Positions 42,344-52,889 of a stretch of 64,000 nucleotides of DNA are shown here, one piece after another. How positions within the stretch are numbered: position 1 is the first letter of the stretch; every line of letters begins with the position of its first letter. The notes beneath the pieces were generated by a model. The model searched no databases. It was not told the origin of the DNA and was given only the letters and a program-made list of their open reading frames with translations. Position numbers and translations under genes: made by a program. The DNA is from an uncultured Granulosicoccaceae bacterium (GTDB lineage: Bacteria; Pseudomonadota; Gammaproteobacteria; CALCKW01), in the NCBI GenBank assembly GCA_937965695.1, contig CALCKW010000027.1, positions 8,150 to 72,149 on the forward strand, given 5' to 3'.

Positions 42344-45300
42344 ATGCAAATTAAACATAAACTAAATTTTAAACCTTGGGTCTATGTGGCTCTGCCTTTT
42401 TTGCTGGCCGCCACAATTGCACGAGCAGCCGATACTGATGTCTATTTCAACAGTACAAATCCGGTACTTCCGAACGTCATGTTCTCTATTGACACCTCCG
42501 GTAGTATGGGCTGGGATATTATGACAGCTACGCCTGATTATTCTCCCACGACAAATTACTTGGGTACATTTGACGACAGTAAAATCTACATTTCGACTGA
42601 CGGCAGAATCCCAGCCGGGACCAGTGGTATTTCCAGTGCACCTTTACAAAGTGCAGCGCATTGTGATTTTGCGGTGAGCCCACTCGCCGTGGACGGTTTT
42701 ACGGGGATTCGAGCTGCAGTGGCTTTTTCGACCACTGCAGACACAACATATCCCAAAAATATCTGGATTCCTGCAAATAAAGTAGCTTTTGATACAAACA
42801 CTGCGGCGGACGTAACTATTGAGTGCAGCGATGACTCTGGTACTCATGGCGCTGCACCTGGATCTGGACCTGTCTACGCCGGAAGTACGACAACATATAC
42901 CAATACGGCAGCCGATGAGATCGATTGGGAAAAATTCCCTTTTGTTGCTCTCTACACCGGCAGGTATTTAAACTACAAGGCCAACCCTCCGGCAAGTATT
43001 ACGGTTGATGGCGATTTCATCCAAAAACGCGTAATTGCGGATGTTATTAAGAGATCTCCAGATATCGTAGCTGGATTGACGCGCCTCTATAACAGTGGTG
43101 GTGTCGTCATACGGGGTTTAAGAGACAACTCTATTCGCGCAAATCAACAAAACCTGCTGGCAACACTGGCGGCTACAGGTCCCGGAGGGGGCACGCCGCT
43201 AGCAGGTTCCATGCTGGAATTGCTACATTACTTCCATGGGCTGCCCAAATTTAAGGACTTCCATTGGAGCTCAGCACCCGACACAGACCCGACTATTCTA
43301 TCGGGTGGTAATTACGTAAACCCAATTATCTCGGAGTGCCAAAAGAACTATGTTGTCATGGTCACCGATGGCCAGCCTTGGGGTGATACTGCCGCTGATC
43401 CTCACTTCGTCTCTTCGAACAGCGATTACCCTAACTACGCTACACATACAGGTCAAACGTCATGTTCAGGCAACTGTCTAGACGAAATGACAGGCTACAT
43501 GAGTAAGCAAGACGCATCTCCATTGCCAAATGCATACGACCTAGATGGTGACTCTATTCCAGATCCGCAAACGGTGAAGGTATACCCAATAGGCATGGAA
43601 ATTCAGCAGGATCTTCTTGACGACGCAGCGACGACTGCTGGTACAAAAAGTTATTATGCACAGGATGCGCTTGAGTTTGAGAATGCATTTATTGAAATAC
43701 TGGCGTCTATCAAAGAGAGCGGTGGTGTTTCGATGATCACTGCATCTTCGAGCAACAACAGATTCAGTAAAACAGCTAATCGAGACTTTCTTTATTACGG
43801 CCAGTTCGTGCCATCAACCAAGTTTCAGTGGCAAGGCAATTTAAAAAAATACCGATACGCCTACACAAACGATGGCGTCACCTATATCACTGACACCAGT
43901 GCTACAGATCCAGATATTACGCAGGCCAATGGTAGCTTTATATCTACCGCCAAAAGTTACTGGAGCAGCGCTGCAGACGGAAACAATGCACTCGAAGGTG
44001 GCGTGCTAGATCGTTTAAAAAGCCGCGGAGCGACTGGGAGATTGATCAAAGGCATTAATGTTCTTGATGGGACAGAACCCGACGATACCAACGTTCCAAT
44101 CATGACAACGGAAAACGACCTTAGCACTACAAATGCGTTTTACGCTGCTCAGGTCGGTAACACTGATCGTTCGGCCGCAGAGCTTACGGCTATTCGCAAC
44201 TACGCAATTGGACAAGACGTACACGATCAAGACAATGATTCAAACACAACTGAACAACGGCCAGCGATGGGCGGCATCATTCGTTCAGCTCCTGTCGCTG
44301 TACAGTATGGAGGCACAGAAGCCGATCCAGATATTGTAATTTTCGCGACTACCACCGACGGCATGCTGCATGCTTTTGACGACGAGACTGGCGACGAACT
44401 CTGGGCAGTACTGATGCCAGAAGCCTACCCGTATTTAGCTCAGCAACACGACAACAACTTCAGCGATACTCCTTGGTGGGGAATCGACGGCAGCCTTGCA
44501 GTTAGAGTAAAAGACGTCAATGAAAATGGAATTATTGAGTCTGGAGATAAGGTTTTCTTGTATATCAGTGGCGGCTTGAGTATGCGTCGTTGGTTTATGG
44601 TCGATGTAACAAATGCCACGCAAACGAGCAACCAAGCAACTCTAGTCTACCGTGGTAAACACGATGCGACCGACACTTCTTGGGATGAGCTGGGCATGGC
44701 AATTTCCCCCATGGTGCCTGTTACATATCAGTTGTCCACGGGAAATGTAGATCACGGCGTCATTTACGCAAACGGATGGGATCCGACCGCAGAATTTAGT
44801 TATGCACCCAGTACAATGGGCCGCGGACTGAGCATGTACGACGCTGAAACTGGTGGCGCTCCACTGTGGCAAATGACAAAAACCCAAGGTGGCGCAGGCA
44901 TGGACTACTCTTTTGCCACCCAACCAACAACCGTTGACATGGATGGGGACGGTCTCACCGATCTCATTTACGCGATTGATGTAAATGCCCAAATTTGGCG
45001 TTTCAATGTCAAAAATGGTGCGACTACTACTGGAAATTTGATTTCAGGTGGCAAACTGGCAACACTCGGAAACGACAGCGACGGCAATCGTCGTAGAGCT
45101 TATCGACGAATAGATGCATCGGTTATAAACACAGGAAGCGAAAGCCAAGTGCTGTTGGCAGTAGGCACTGGTGACAGGATGAATCCTTTGTCAGTTACAG
45201 ACAATGATCGCATCTATGTTATTCGCGACACCACTGCAGCATCAGGTGCAAACCCGACAAGTGTATTAACGCACAGCGACTTTTACGACGCCACAGCCAA

Positions 45301-45784
45301 TACAATCGGCGAAGGTTCGGATACGGCAAAGTTGCAAGCACAGGCCGATTTGAACGCCAAAAACGGCTGGTACATTCAGCTACCCGCAGGAGCAGAGAAA
45401 TCAATTTCTGCACCACTGATCAGTTCGGGGATAGTCAATTTCCCTGTTTATAAAGTCGGAGGAGCTTCTGTAAATCCTTGTGATACAAGCAATGCCGGCT
45501 CAGGTGTGCTCTATCGATTGAACGTACTCGATGCAACGCCTGTATCAGATTATAGTGGCGACACCTCATTGACTACAGCCGATCGCTTTGTCAGTGTCCG
45601 CGGTGGAGGTATACCTGGAGACGCCGTTTTACATACATCTTCCACAGGTATTAAGAGCATTGTGGTTGGCAAAGATCTTTTCATAGATCGACCTAATGAA
45701 ATGGACCCAACGGTAAATGCTACGCCCGATGAAAGTTTACAAGGTGACGCCGCCGGATATTGGTTTGAGGAGAAAACGAACTAA
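42344..45784 (+). CDS. pilY1: Type IV pilus tip adhesin PilY1 (vWA-like N-terminus, beta-propeller C-terminus)
   Basis: Signal peptide, DTSGSM MIDAS, MVTDG, W.GNLKKY, GMLHAFD, DMDGDGLTD Ca-loop, KNGWYIQL. Confidence 0.92.
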   Translation: MQIKHKLNFKPWVYVALPFLLAATIARAADTDVYFNSTNPVLPNVMFSIDTSGSMGWDIMTATPDYSPTTNYLGTFDDSKIYISTDGRIPAGTSGISSAPLQSAAHCDFAVSPLAVDGFTGIRAAVAFSTTADTTYPKNIWIPANKVAFDTNTAADVTIECSDDSGTHGAAPGSGPVYAGSTTTYTNTAADEIDWEKFPFVALYTGRYLNYKANPPASITVDGDFIQKRVIADVIKRSPDIVAGLTRLYNSGGVVIRGLRDNSIRANQQNLLATLAATGPGGGTPLAGSMLELLHYFHGLPKFKDFHWSSAPDTDPTILSGGNYVNPIISECQKNYVVMVTDGQPWGDTAADPHFVSSNSDYPNYATHTGQTSCSGNCLDEMTGYMSKQDASPLPNAYDLDGDSIPDPQTVKVYPIGMEIQQDLLDDAATTAGTKSYYAQDALEFENAFIEILASIKESGGVSMITASSSNNRFSKTANRDFLYYGQFVPSTKFQWQGNLKKYRYAYTNDGVTYITDTSATDPDITQANGSFISTAKSYWSSAADGNNALEGGVLDRLKSRGATGRLIKGINVLDGTEPDDTNVPIMTTENDLSTTNAFYAAQVGNTDRSAAELTAIRNYAIGQDVHDQDNDSNTTEQRPAMGGIIRSAPVAVQYGGTEADPDIVIFATTTDGMLHAFDDETGDELWAVLMPEAYPYLAQQHDNNFSDTPWWGIDGSLAVRVKDVNENGIIESGDKVFLYISGGLSMRRWFMVDVTNATQTSNQATLVYRGKHDATDTSWDELGMAISPMVPVTYQLSTGNVDHGVIYANGWDPTAEFSYAPSTMGRGLSMYDAETGGAPLWQMTKTQGGAGMDYSFATQPTTVDMDGDGLTDLIYAIDVNAQIWRFNVKNGATTTGNLISGGKLATLGNDSDGNRRRAYRRIDASVINTGSESQVLLAVGTGDRMNPLSVTDNDRIYVIRDTTAASGANPTSVLTHSDFYDATANTIGEGSDTAKLQAQADLNAKNGWYIQLPAGAEKSISAPLISSGIVNFPVYKVGGASVNPCDTSNAGSGVLYRLNVLDATPVSDYSGDTSLTTADRFVSVRGGGIPGDAVLHTSSTGIKSIVVGKDLFIDRPNEMDPTVNATPDESLQGDAAGYWFEEKTN

Positions 45785-46143
45785 TGATAAAACAATCAAA
45801 AAATATCGTGTTGATTATGGCGTTTGCGATCACTACATTTTTTTCAAGTGTAGCTAACGCGGATGATTTTCCTGAAGGAACCACCCTACATGAAGTGCAT
45901 GTCTTGTCATTGCAGTTCGAGGGTTCAGGTGTTGCATCTTTAGTAGCTCGACCATGCGATACCAATGTAGAGTGCGACAATGTGATTGCTCGGATAGGCA
46001 AAAAAACTTTATGGCGCGACGGCCATGTCGACATTAGCTACAAGAACGCCAAAGGACTGCAATGGGAAGGTGCAGTATTGATAATGGACAAATTCAACAA
46101 TGCGCTAGTCCTTGAACGAATCCCACTGGGAGACACCCAATGA
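45784..46143 (+). CDS. Small secreted hypothetical protein in the PilY2 position
   Basis: Signal peptide ending VANA. Translationally coupled to pilY1 and pilE. Confidence 0.65.
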   Translation: MIKQSKNIVLIMAFAITTFFSSVANADDFPEGTTLHEVHVLSLQFEGSGVASLVARPCDTNVECDNVIARIGKKTLWRDGHVDISYKNAKGLQWEGAVLIMDKFNNALVLERIPLGDTQ

Positions 46144-46586
46144 TTGGTAGGAAAAACTCAGGCTTTACACTAATCGAGGTATTGGTAGTTGTTGCCATTG
46201 TCGGCATTCTATCTGCCGTTGCTGTACCGGGATACCAAAGCTATGTGCTTAAAACATTCAGGGCTAATGCGCAATCCTATATTATGAATCTGGCTACCCA
46301 ACAAGAAGCCTACTATCTCAGAAACAATCAGTTCGCAAGCTTGGCTCAGCTAAACAGCACTGGGTTACTTTCCGATGGTGTAGCGCACGAAGATTCAGAT
46401 TTGTTTGAAGGTCGCTACAAAATAACTGAGAGTACTGCCGACAACAACAATTTCTCATACCAACTTGAAGCAATTAATGTTCAAGCAAAGGATACCGACT
46501 GCCCGAGTTTAAGCGTCGATCAAGATACATTGATAAAAGGTTTGAGCGCTGATGACTTGTGCACAGCCACTGCCGTCAGTCCGTAA
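46140..46586 (+). CDS. pilE: Type IV minor pilin PilE
   Basis: SG-FTLIEVLVVVAIVGILSAVAVPGY, QQEAYY, Q..DTDC..L. Confidence 0.9.
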   Translation: MIGRKNSGFTLIEVLVVVAIVGILSAVAVPGYQSYVLKTFRANAQSYIMNLATQQEAYYLRNNQFASLAQLNSTGLLSDGVAHEDSDLFEGRYKITESTADNNNFSYQLEAINVQAKDTDCPSLSVDQDTLIKGLSADDLCTATAVSP

Positions 46587-46754
46587 ATTTGAATAATCTA
46601 GCCATGCTCATTTGAATGGCATTTGAAAACGGTATAAACCTCGTTAGAAGCACCCATTCTGCAAATAGTAGAATCCAAAAGGTGCAGGCAGTTAACTCGA
46701 AAACTTTTTACTTTCGATGGGGAGCCAATCCCCTCTTGTAAAGCATAAATAGGG

Positions 46755-47981
46755 TTACTGCCTGCGCTCAGATTTACGCCTAAACAATCTACCTAGTACA
46801 AACGATGTTCTCGGTATATATCGATATGGCGTCCTTTCATCTACAGTTGGGCGGGACAGCATGCGCCCTAAACCTACAGTCGCTAAAATCACATGTGCCG
46901 CGCTGATAAAAACAAACAAAGCCGACGGTCCGTATTTTTCAATCAGCATGGATGAGATCAAGGGGCTGGCAATAGCACCCACCCCATACCAAAACATCAG
47001 CGAAGCACTTAGTTCAACCACGAATTCATGATCAGCAAAATCATTGGCGTGCGCACTGGCTACTGAAAAAACAGGAAATGAAGCTGCACCAAACAATAAG
47101 GCACACATAAATACACTGACTTGAGATTGCGTTGCATACATTACCATCACAGCGCAAGCGACCATCGCAAAACCTGACATTGCAATTAGCACCCAGCGCC
47201 TATCAAAGCGATCAGCTGCCCAGCCCGTGGGTAACTGAGCCAAAGCCCCACCCAATACAAACGCCGCTAAAAAATACCCAATTTGGCTCGCCGCAAGCCC
47301 TACTTCTTGTCCGTATATTGGCCCGACCATTCTAAACGACGCAGTCGTCACACCCGCAACCACAACGCCAACAACGCCGAGTGGAGAAAGTCTAAATGCT
47401 TTTATGGGACTGAGCCTAGGAGCCTTAGAAGCGCTCGGCTGTTTAGCTTGCGTTAGCGTTAAGGGAAACACACATGCACAACAAATAATGGCGAGTAAGT
47501 TATACGACAAATAGGCAGCTGGCTCTAGAAAGCCAATCATCAACTGCGCCAGCATAGAAAAACCTAGATCAACCAGACGATAGGTGCCCAGCATACGACC
47601 ACGAGTAGCATTAGTCACCTCAGAATTAAACCAAGCTTCGACAACCGTGTAACACCCAGCAATACACAAGCCCGTCATCACCCGCATCAGTGCCCAAGCG
47701 TAGGGGTCAATCCAAATTGGATGAGCAATAGTGCCTATAGCACCGCATGCTGCAAACGCAGCAAAGGCCCGCGAATGACCAATATTACCGATTAGCCGAG
47801 GTGCCCACCAGCAGCCAATGAAAAAGCCGAGAAAATGCGAAGAGCCCAACATACCGATCTGGGTCAAACTAAAGCCACTTTGCAAACCACCAAGAGCATC
47901 CAGCGGGGAGATAGCACCTGAGCTGATTTGCAACAAAGCTATTGCTATAAACAGCGCGACAAACGAAACCGGAAAACGCAT
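46755..47981 (-). CDS. MFS transporter (YcaD-like)
   Basis: About 12 hydrophobic segments, VVEAWFN, GWAADRFDRR, SAHAND. Confidence 0.88.
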   Translation of the reverse strand: MRFPVSFVALFIAIALLQISSGAISPLDALGGLQSGFSLTQIGMLGSSHFLGFFIGCWWAPRLIGNIGHSRAFAAFAACGAIGTIAHPIWIDPYAWALMRVMTGLCIAGCYTVVEAWFNSEVTNATRGRMLGTYRLVDLGFSMLAQLMIGFLEPAAYLSYNLLAIICCACVFPLTLTQAKQPSASKAPRLSPIKAFRLSPLGVVGVVVAGVTTASFRMVGPIYGQEVGLAASQIGYFLAAFVLGGALAQLPTGWAADRFDRRWVLIAMSGFAMVACAVMVMYATQSQVSVFMCALLFGAASFPVFSVASAHANDFADHEFVVELSASLMFWYGVGAIASPLISSMLIEKYGPSALFVFISAAHVILATVGLGRMLSRPTVDERTPYRYIPRTSFVLGRLFRRKSERRQ

Positions 47982-48118
47982 GGTTAGAATTCTCTAAAGC
48001 GCTGGATACGGGGATGTCTATAACAATAGCTGTAATATGGGATTTTTATAAATCCCTTTTAGAACAAAGGTGGGAGCAGGCTCTCAAGATCAAAAAGGGA
48101 ATATCGAAATTTTCAGAT

Positions 48119-48487
48119 CTAAGCGTCTAACAATGCACAAGTGAACTCACCTTCTGAGTTGATCAACAGCGGTGCAGTTGCCACCACAGTAGCTCGGGGT
48201 ATTTCCGCGTAATAATGCGGGAAGAGCTGATCACCACCCAGTAAGTTTTCATAAACAAGAGATTCTGGCAGAGCTGATACTTGTACTGCTATCAAAGTCA
48301 GACCTGAGCGTCCTGCGTAATAGCGCTGAGCCGTCGCCAACACTTGCGATTTGGTTGATAAATGTACGAAACCTTCAGCTAAGTACGCAAGGGGTCGATA
48401 ATGATCGCCCGGTTTCTCCCAATCCTGATTTTCCGCAATATGAAAAACCAAGTCCGCTTCAGCAAAGTTTTCACCAGAAAAACTCAT
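48119..48487 (-). CDS. DUF952 family protein
   Basis: EGFVHLST..QV..TAQRYY, FPHYY. Confidence 0.85.
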   Translation of the reverse strand: MSFSGENFAEADLVFHIAENQDWEKPGDHYRPLAYLAEGFVHLSTKSQVLATAQRYYAGRSGLTLIAVQVSALPESLVYENLLGGDQLFPHYYAEIPRATVVATAPLLINSEGEFTCALLDA

Positions 48488-49389
48488 ACGGATTTTCCGC
48501 TAGGATCATAGGGACTTAGAGGTCGGCTTGCCGTTTCATCAACCACTCGCAGTAGTCCTTCCTGTGCAGCAGAAGCAACAATCTGTCCTGACCGATTGTA
48601 GATAGAGCCTCTTGCGAAGCCTCTTTCATTACTAGCATGTGGGCTATCCATCACGTACAGCAACCAGTCATCTAATCTCACAGGTCGATGAAACCAAAGG
48701 GCGTGATCCAAACTTGCGATAAACAGTCGTGAGTAGTCAACTTTGGAGCGGTGAGGAATCAACGCCGTGGCCAACAAATGGTAATCAGATGCAAAAGCCA
48801 ATGCCACCTGTTGAAAACGCGGGTCGTCCGGCAATGAGCCCTTGGCTCTCATCCAGATTGCTTGCTGAGGTTTTTTATCTTTAAATAACAGCTGATCCAA
48901 GCCCCCGGGCAATCGACATTCAATGGGTCTAGCTAAGTTGATAAAACGCTGATATGAAGTCGGCAGATCTTGCATGGTTGAGGCGAGTTCACTGTCGCTT
49001 GGCAGATCTTCTGGACCCGGCACGTCGGGCATATCTGCATCGTGTTCAAAGCCTGCTGAATTCACGTTAAAGGAACAACTTAAGCTAAAAATAGGACGGC
49101 CTTTTTGAATTGCGGTGACACGCCTCGTGGTAAAGCTTCCGCCGTCACGTATACGATCTACATCGTAGATAATCGGTTGCCCAATGTCCCCGACCAATAA
49201 AAAATATGAGTGCATTGAATGCAAATGTCTATCTGCCTCAACCGTTTGCAGTGCCGCGTACAGCGCCTGAGCCACTACTTGCCCACCGAACACCCTGCCC
49301 CACGGCGCTAAGTAGTTTTGGCCTCTGAACAAATTTTCTTCAATTTTCTCCAGTTCGAGCACTTCTCGCAGCTGTTCGTAGTTATCCAT
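48484..49389 (-). CDS. tesB: Acyl-CoA thioesterase II
   Basis: VFGGQVVAQ, RDGGSFTTRRV, FASD, SLDHALWFH, AAQEGLLR. Confidence 0.93.
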   Translation of the reverse strand: MDNYEQLREVLELEKIEENLFRGQNYLAPWGRVFGGQVVAQALYAALQTVEADRHLHSMHSYFLLVGDIGQPIIYDVDRIRDGGSFTTRRVTAIQKGRPIFSLSCSFNVNSAGFEHDADMPDVPGPEDLPSDSELASTMQDLPTSYQRFINLARPIECRLPGGLDQLLFKDKKPQQAIWMRAKGSLPDDPRFQQVALAFASDYHLLATALIPHRSKVDYSRLFIASLDHALWFHRPVRLDDWLLYVMDSPHASNERGFARGSIYNRSGQIVASAAQEGLLRVVDETASRPLSPYDPSGKSV

Positions 49390-49424
49390 AAAAACTGTTC
49401 AACTCATTTTATAATCAAGAAGCC

Positions 49425-49462
49425 AAAAAAATTGGGGCGAGCAACCTTAGATTGCTCGCCCC
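49425..49462 (-). terminator. Intrinsic terminator of the acyl-CoA dehydrogenase gene
   Basis: aaaaaaa-tt-ggggcgagcaa-ccttaga-ttgctcgcccc. Confidence 0.8.
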
Positions 49463-49486
49463 ACTTAGTATGAATTTGTTTATCGC

Positions 49487-51277
49487 TTAAGCAGACAGCT
49501 GATCAACACTAAGCACGTCGACCAACTCACCACCTTGTATAGCAGCGGCACCGTAGGAAGCGACTTCAGGCAATGCAGTGCCAGCGTAGTACTGTGCCAA
49601 GCCAATCTTTGCTTCTAAAAAAGCACTATCTGAGCTACCACTGGAGATTTCAGCAACAGCTGCCAACGCAGATCGCCCTTGCAACCAACCTCCAACAAGC
49701 GTACCAGTCGCCATCATTAGAGGCACAGCAGCACCCGAGGCTTGCTGCGGCTGATCGTTATTGATTACCCATTGGGCCACTTCTCCAACCTGTTCGTTTG
49801 CAGTGGCTAACTGAGCACCCATCAACTGCAAACGCTCGTCGTCGCTGTCGGACAACAACTGAGCAGTCGCGTCAATTTCAGTGACGAGTAGCTGAATACC
49901 TTCACCGCCGTCGCGAGCCATCTTTCGGCCAATCAAATCGTTGGCTTGGATGCCTGTAGTGCCTTCATAGATAGTGGTGATTCGTGCGTCACGGTAGTAT
50001 TGAGCCGCCCCTGTCTCTTCGATAAAACCCATTCCACCGTGAATCTGCATGCCCAGATACGTGATTTTTTGAGCCGTCTCAGTACACCACCCTTTAACTA
50101 ATGGGGTTAACAGCTCACCGCGTTGTTTGTGGAATGCACGCTGCGTGTCATCCTCAGAAGCCTCAGCAATGTCATAGGAAGCTGCCGCCTCATAGGCCAA
50201 CATGCGCATCGCTTCTGTGCGGGACTTCATATCCATCAACATACGACGTACGTCGGGGTGATCGACAATGGTAGATCGACCTTCAGAACCGGAAAGCATA
50301 GCTTTACCCTGAACACGATCGTTGGCAAAGGCTAATGCATGCTGATAGGCACGCTCTGAAAGCGAGTAGCCTTCCATACCAACCGCATGGCGCGCGGCGT
50401 TCATCATCGTGAACATACAAGCCAGGCCTTGATTTTCTTCACCGACCAAATAGCCTATCGCACCGCCCTCATCACCAAAGCTCATGACACAAGTTGGACT
50501 TCCGTGGATACCGAGCTTCTCTTCAATCGAAACGCAGCGAACATCGTTGCGATTACCGAGTGAGCCGTCGTCATTGACCATGAACTTTGGCACCAAGAAC
50601 AACGAGATCCCTCGCACCCCTGCAGGCGCATCGGGCAGACGGGCCAACACCAAGTGCATGATGTTTTCAGCCATGCCATGTTCACCGTAAGTGATGAATA
50701 TCTTCTGGCCACTAACACGGTAATGCTCGCCCTCAGGAATCGCTTTGCTCTTCAGCGCAGCTAAATCAGTACCCGCCTGAGGCTCGGTCAAATTCATCGT
50801 GCCGGTCCAAGCACCGTCGATCATCTTGCTCAGATACTTGGCTTTTAGCGCATCACTGCCATGAGCCGTCACCGCTTCTATAGCGCCGTGGCTCAGCAGA
50901 GGACACAAGCTAAAGGCCATGTTGGCCGACTTCCAGAGTTCGTTGACACAAGAACCGATCAGGTAGGGCAAGCCTTGCCCACCATATTCGGCTGAAGCAG
51001 ATAACTGCATCCAACCCGCCTCTTGGAACTGCTGATAAGCTTCAACCCAACCGTCAGGTGTGCTGACTTCATGGTCTTTCCAGCTACATCCTTGTTGATC
51101 ACCGGAGTGATTGATGGGCGCCAGTACACCTTCAGCAAATTTAGCAGCCTCTTCCAACACGGCATCAACGAGATCGTCTGTGGCCTCCGCAAAGTGCGGA
51201 AAGCTATTGACGCGATCTAAACCCACAACATGTTTAAGTGCCCAATTGATATCTTTCAGAGGTGCTTTGTAGCTCAT
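49487..51277 (-). CDS. Acyl-CoA dehydrogenase (long, about 600-aa class)
   Basis: MNLTEPQAGTDL, GQKIFIT, KLGIHGSPTC, QIHGGMGF, IYEGTTGIQA. Confidence 0.93.
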   Translation of the reverse strand: MSYKAPLKDINWALKHVVGLDRVNSFPHFAEATDDLVDAVLEEAAKFAEGVLAPINHSGDQQGCSWKDHEVSTPDGWVEAYQQFQEAGWMQLSASAEYGGQGLPYLIGSCVNELWKSANMAFSLCPLLSHGAIEAVTAHGSDALKAKYLSKMIDGAWTGTMNLTEPQAGTDLAALKSKAIPEGEHYRVSGQKIFITYGEHGMAENIMHLVLARLPDAPAGVRGISLFLVPKFMVNDDGSLGNRNDVRCVSIEEKLGIHGSPTCVMSFGDEGGAIGYLVGEENQGLACMFTMMNAARHAVGMEGYSLSERAYQHALAFANDRVQGKAMLSGSEGRSTIVDHPDVRRMLMDMKSRTEAMRMLAYEAAASYDIAEASEDDTQRAFHKQRGELLTPLVKGWCTETAQKITYLGMQIHGGMGFIEETGAAQYYRDARITTIYEGTTGIQANDLIGRKMARDGGEGIQLLVTEIDATAQLLSDSDDERLQLMGAQLATANEQVGEVAQWVINNDQPQQASGAAVPLMMATGTLVGGWLQGRSALAAVAEISSGSSDSAFLEAKIGLAQYYAGTALPEVASYGAAAIQGGELVDVLSVDQLSA

Positions 51278-51524
51278 ATTCTCTCCAAGGTTCTGGCAAG
51301 CTGCACTTTATTGCAGCAAGCCAATCGTATTAATTGCATATCCTAATATAGCTCGGATAGCACACCGATTGCATTGTAACGCGTGTTGCCACTGAACCAA
51401 TAGCATGGTTAGTGGGGCTGTAGAGAAAATAGTCTGCCCCAACGATCAACAGGATCAAAAATCAATCAAAAGTATAAATATTCAACATCGGCTTAACGAT
51501 ACTTACACGTAAATCGCCCCCGTC

Positions 51525-52349
51525 TCAAGGCATCTGACGAACTGTCGATTCGGTGAAACCGAGTTGACTAGCCAATTGGCGCAGATTGTCAATTCGCTGC
51601 TGCAGTTGAGGATGTGATTCGAAATAATGCAAGCCAGGAAGGTTTGATGAGCTATTCAGCTGAAGCTTTTCAAAGAACTCTGTCGCTCCTCCCACATGTC
51701 CATATCGGCACTGCAGCGCATTTAGGCCAACAACATCAGAGTCACTCTCCTGCCCCTGTGAATGCTGTGCCTGACCAAGCAGCATAGACGGGCTCAACAA
51801 CTGGCTAATGCCGGAGTTACCACCGAACATTGATCGGCTTACAACCCACAGCACGAGCCCTCGTCCAAGCCCACGCAAGTGATCGCGGTTGGCAAAATGC
51901 CCCAATTCATGGCCTAAGACAAAACTCAATGCGTTCTCAGAAAGACCGCTGTGCAATAGGCCCGTTGTCACCCACATTTGTCCACCGGGCACCGCAAAGG
52001 CATTCACCGCCTCATCTTCTTTGACCAGAAGCTTTATTTGGTAGGGCTGATCAACACAAGTCAGCAGCGGATCCAACAAAGCTTGTAATTGTTTTTGCTT
52101 GGCACTGTTCGTCTCTGGGCCTAACTCTGTCTCTGGATCTAACTCTATTGTCTCGCTAAATTGCTCCAGGAGGGCGCGCTCCGTTTTTGGATCGATCTGG
52201 GCTACCGCCCAATCGACCGCCAAACCGCTAAGCCAAACAACAATAAGAATTAACACAACAGCGGCGAGCATCAACGTAACAAATTCGCGCCCGGGTCGCT
52301 GGTGTGAAACGTTGTCATTGTGTTCGGGTAGACCAGGTTGATATTCCAT
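51525..52349 (-). CDS. M48 family metallopeptidase
   Basis: NAFAVPGG, HELGH zinc motif, E.ESD, SHP. Confidence 0.92.
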   Translation of the reverse strand: MEYQPGLPEHNDNVSHQRPGREFVTLMLAAVVLILIVVWLSGLAVDWAVAQIDPKTERALLEQFSETIELDPETELGPETNSAKQKQLQALLDPLLTCVDQPYQIKLLVKEDEAVNAFAVPGGQMWVTTGLLHSGLSENALSFVLGHELGHFANRDHLRGLGRGLVLWVVSRSMFGGNSGISQLLSPSMLLGQAQHSQGQESDSDVVGLNALQCRYGHVGGATEFFEKLQLNSSSNLPGLHYFESHPQLQQRIDNLRQLASQLGFTESTVRQMP

Positions 52350-52888
52350 TAATCGCCCGTAGGCCCAGAGCGAGACGGATGCGACGAAACAGCGATCGGT
52401 TCAGCATTCGCTGAGCCATCAGAGGTAGAATCGGAGTCGCTATTAAACAGGGCTGTGCCGTACGCAACCACTTCTACAGAGCCGATAGAGTTAGCACCAC
52501 GGTGTATAGACGCCGTCTCCATGCGTAAATTTATAATTTGCGCGGCACCTGGGCAAGATTCTTTCATCCGCAAAACTGCCTCACGGCGGGCACGATCCAA
52601 GAGTGTTTCGTAGGCTTGTACTTCGCCACCAAAAAAGGCCCGTAGTGCGGCCAACATCCGTTTAAAATAATCGACCGAGATCACCACACTGCCGCGTACT
52701 AAGACGCAATTTTGCACAGATATATCACCGATAGGCTGCTCACTACTGACAGTCGGCAAAGCCAAATAAAGCTGCTCTCGACGCTGAATGTCTTTGTAGT
52801 GCTTGGCTTCAGCTCTACGACCAAAGAAATATCCCAAACCCAGTAAAACCAACAAATAGCCGATATTAATCAGTACCTGATTACTCAT
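52349..52888 (-). CDS. YbjQ-family protein with N-terminal membrane anchor
   Basis: YETLLDRARREAVLRM, INLRMET, EVVAYGTA. Confidence 0.85.
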   Translation of the reverse strand: MSNQVLINIGYLLVLLGLGYFFGRRAEAKHYKDIQRREQLYLALPTVSSEQPIGDISVQNCVLVRGSVVISVDYFKRMLAALRAFFGGEVQAYETLLDRARREAVLRMKESCPGAAQIINLRMETASIHRGANSIGSVEVVAYGTALFNSDSDSTSDGSANAEPIAVSSHPSRSGPTGD

Positions 52889-52889
52889 T

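Noticed and set aside
49487-51277. Naming this acyl-CoA dehydrogenase dmdC
   Set aside because: Size and motifs fit the class, but no other DMSP pathway gene is nearby and substrate specificity cannot be read from the sequence.
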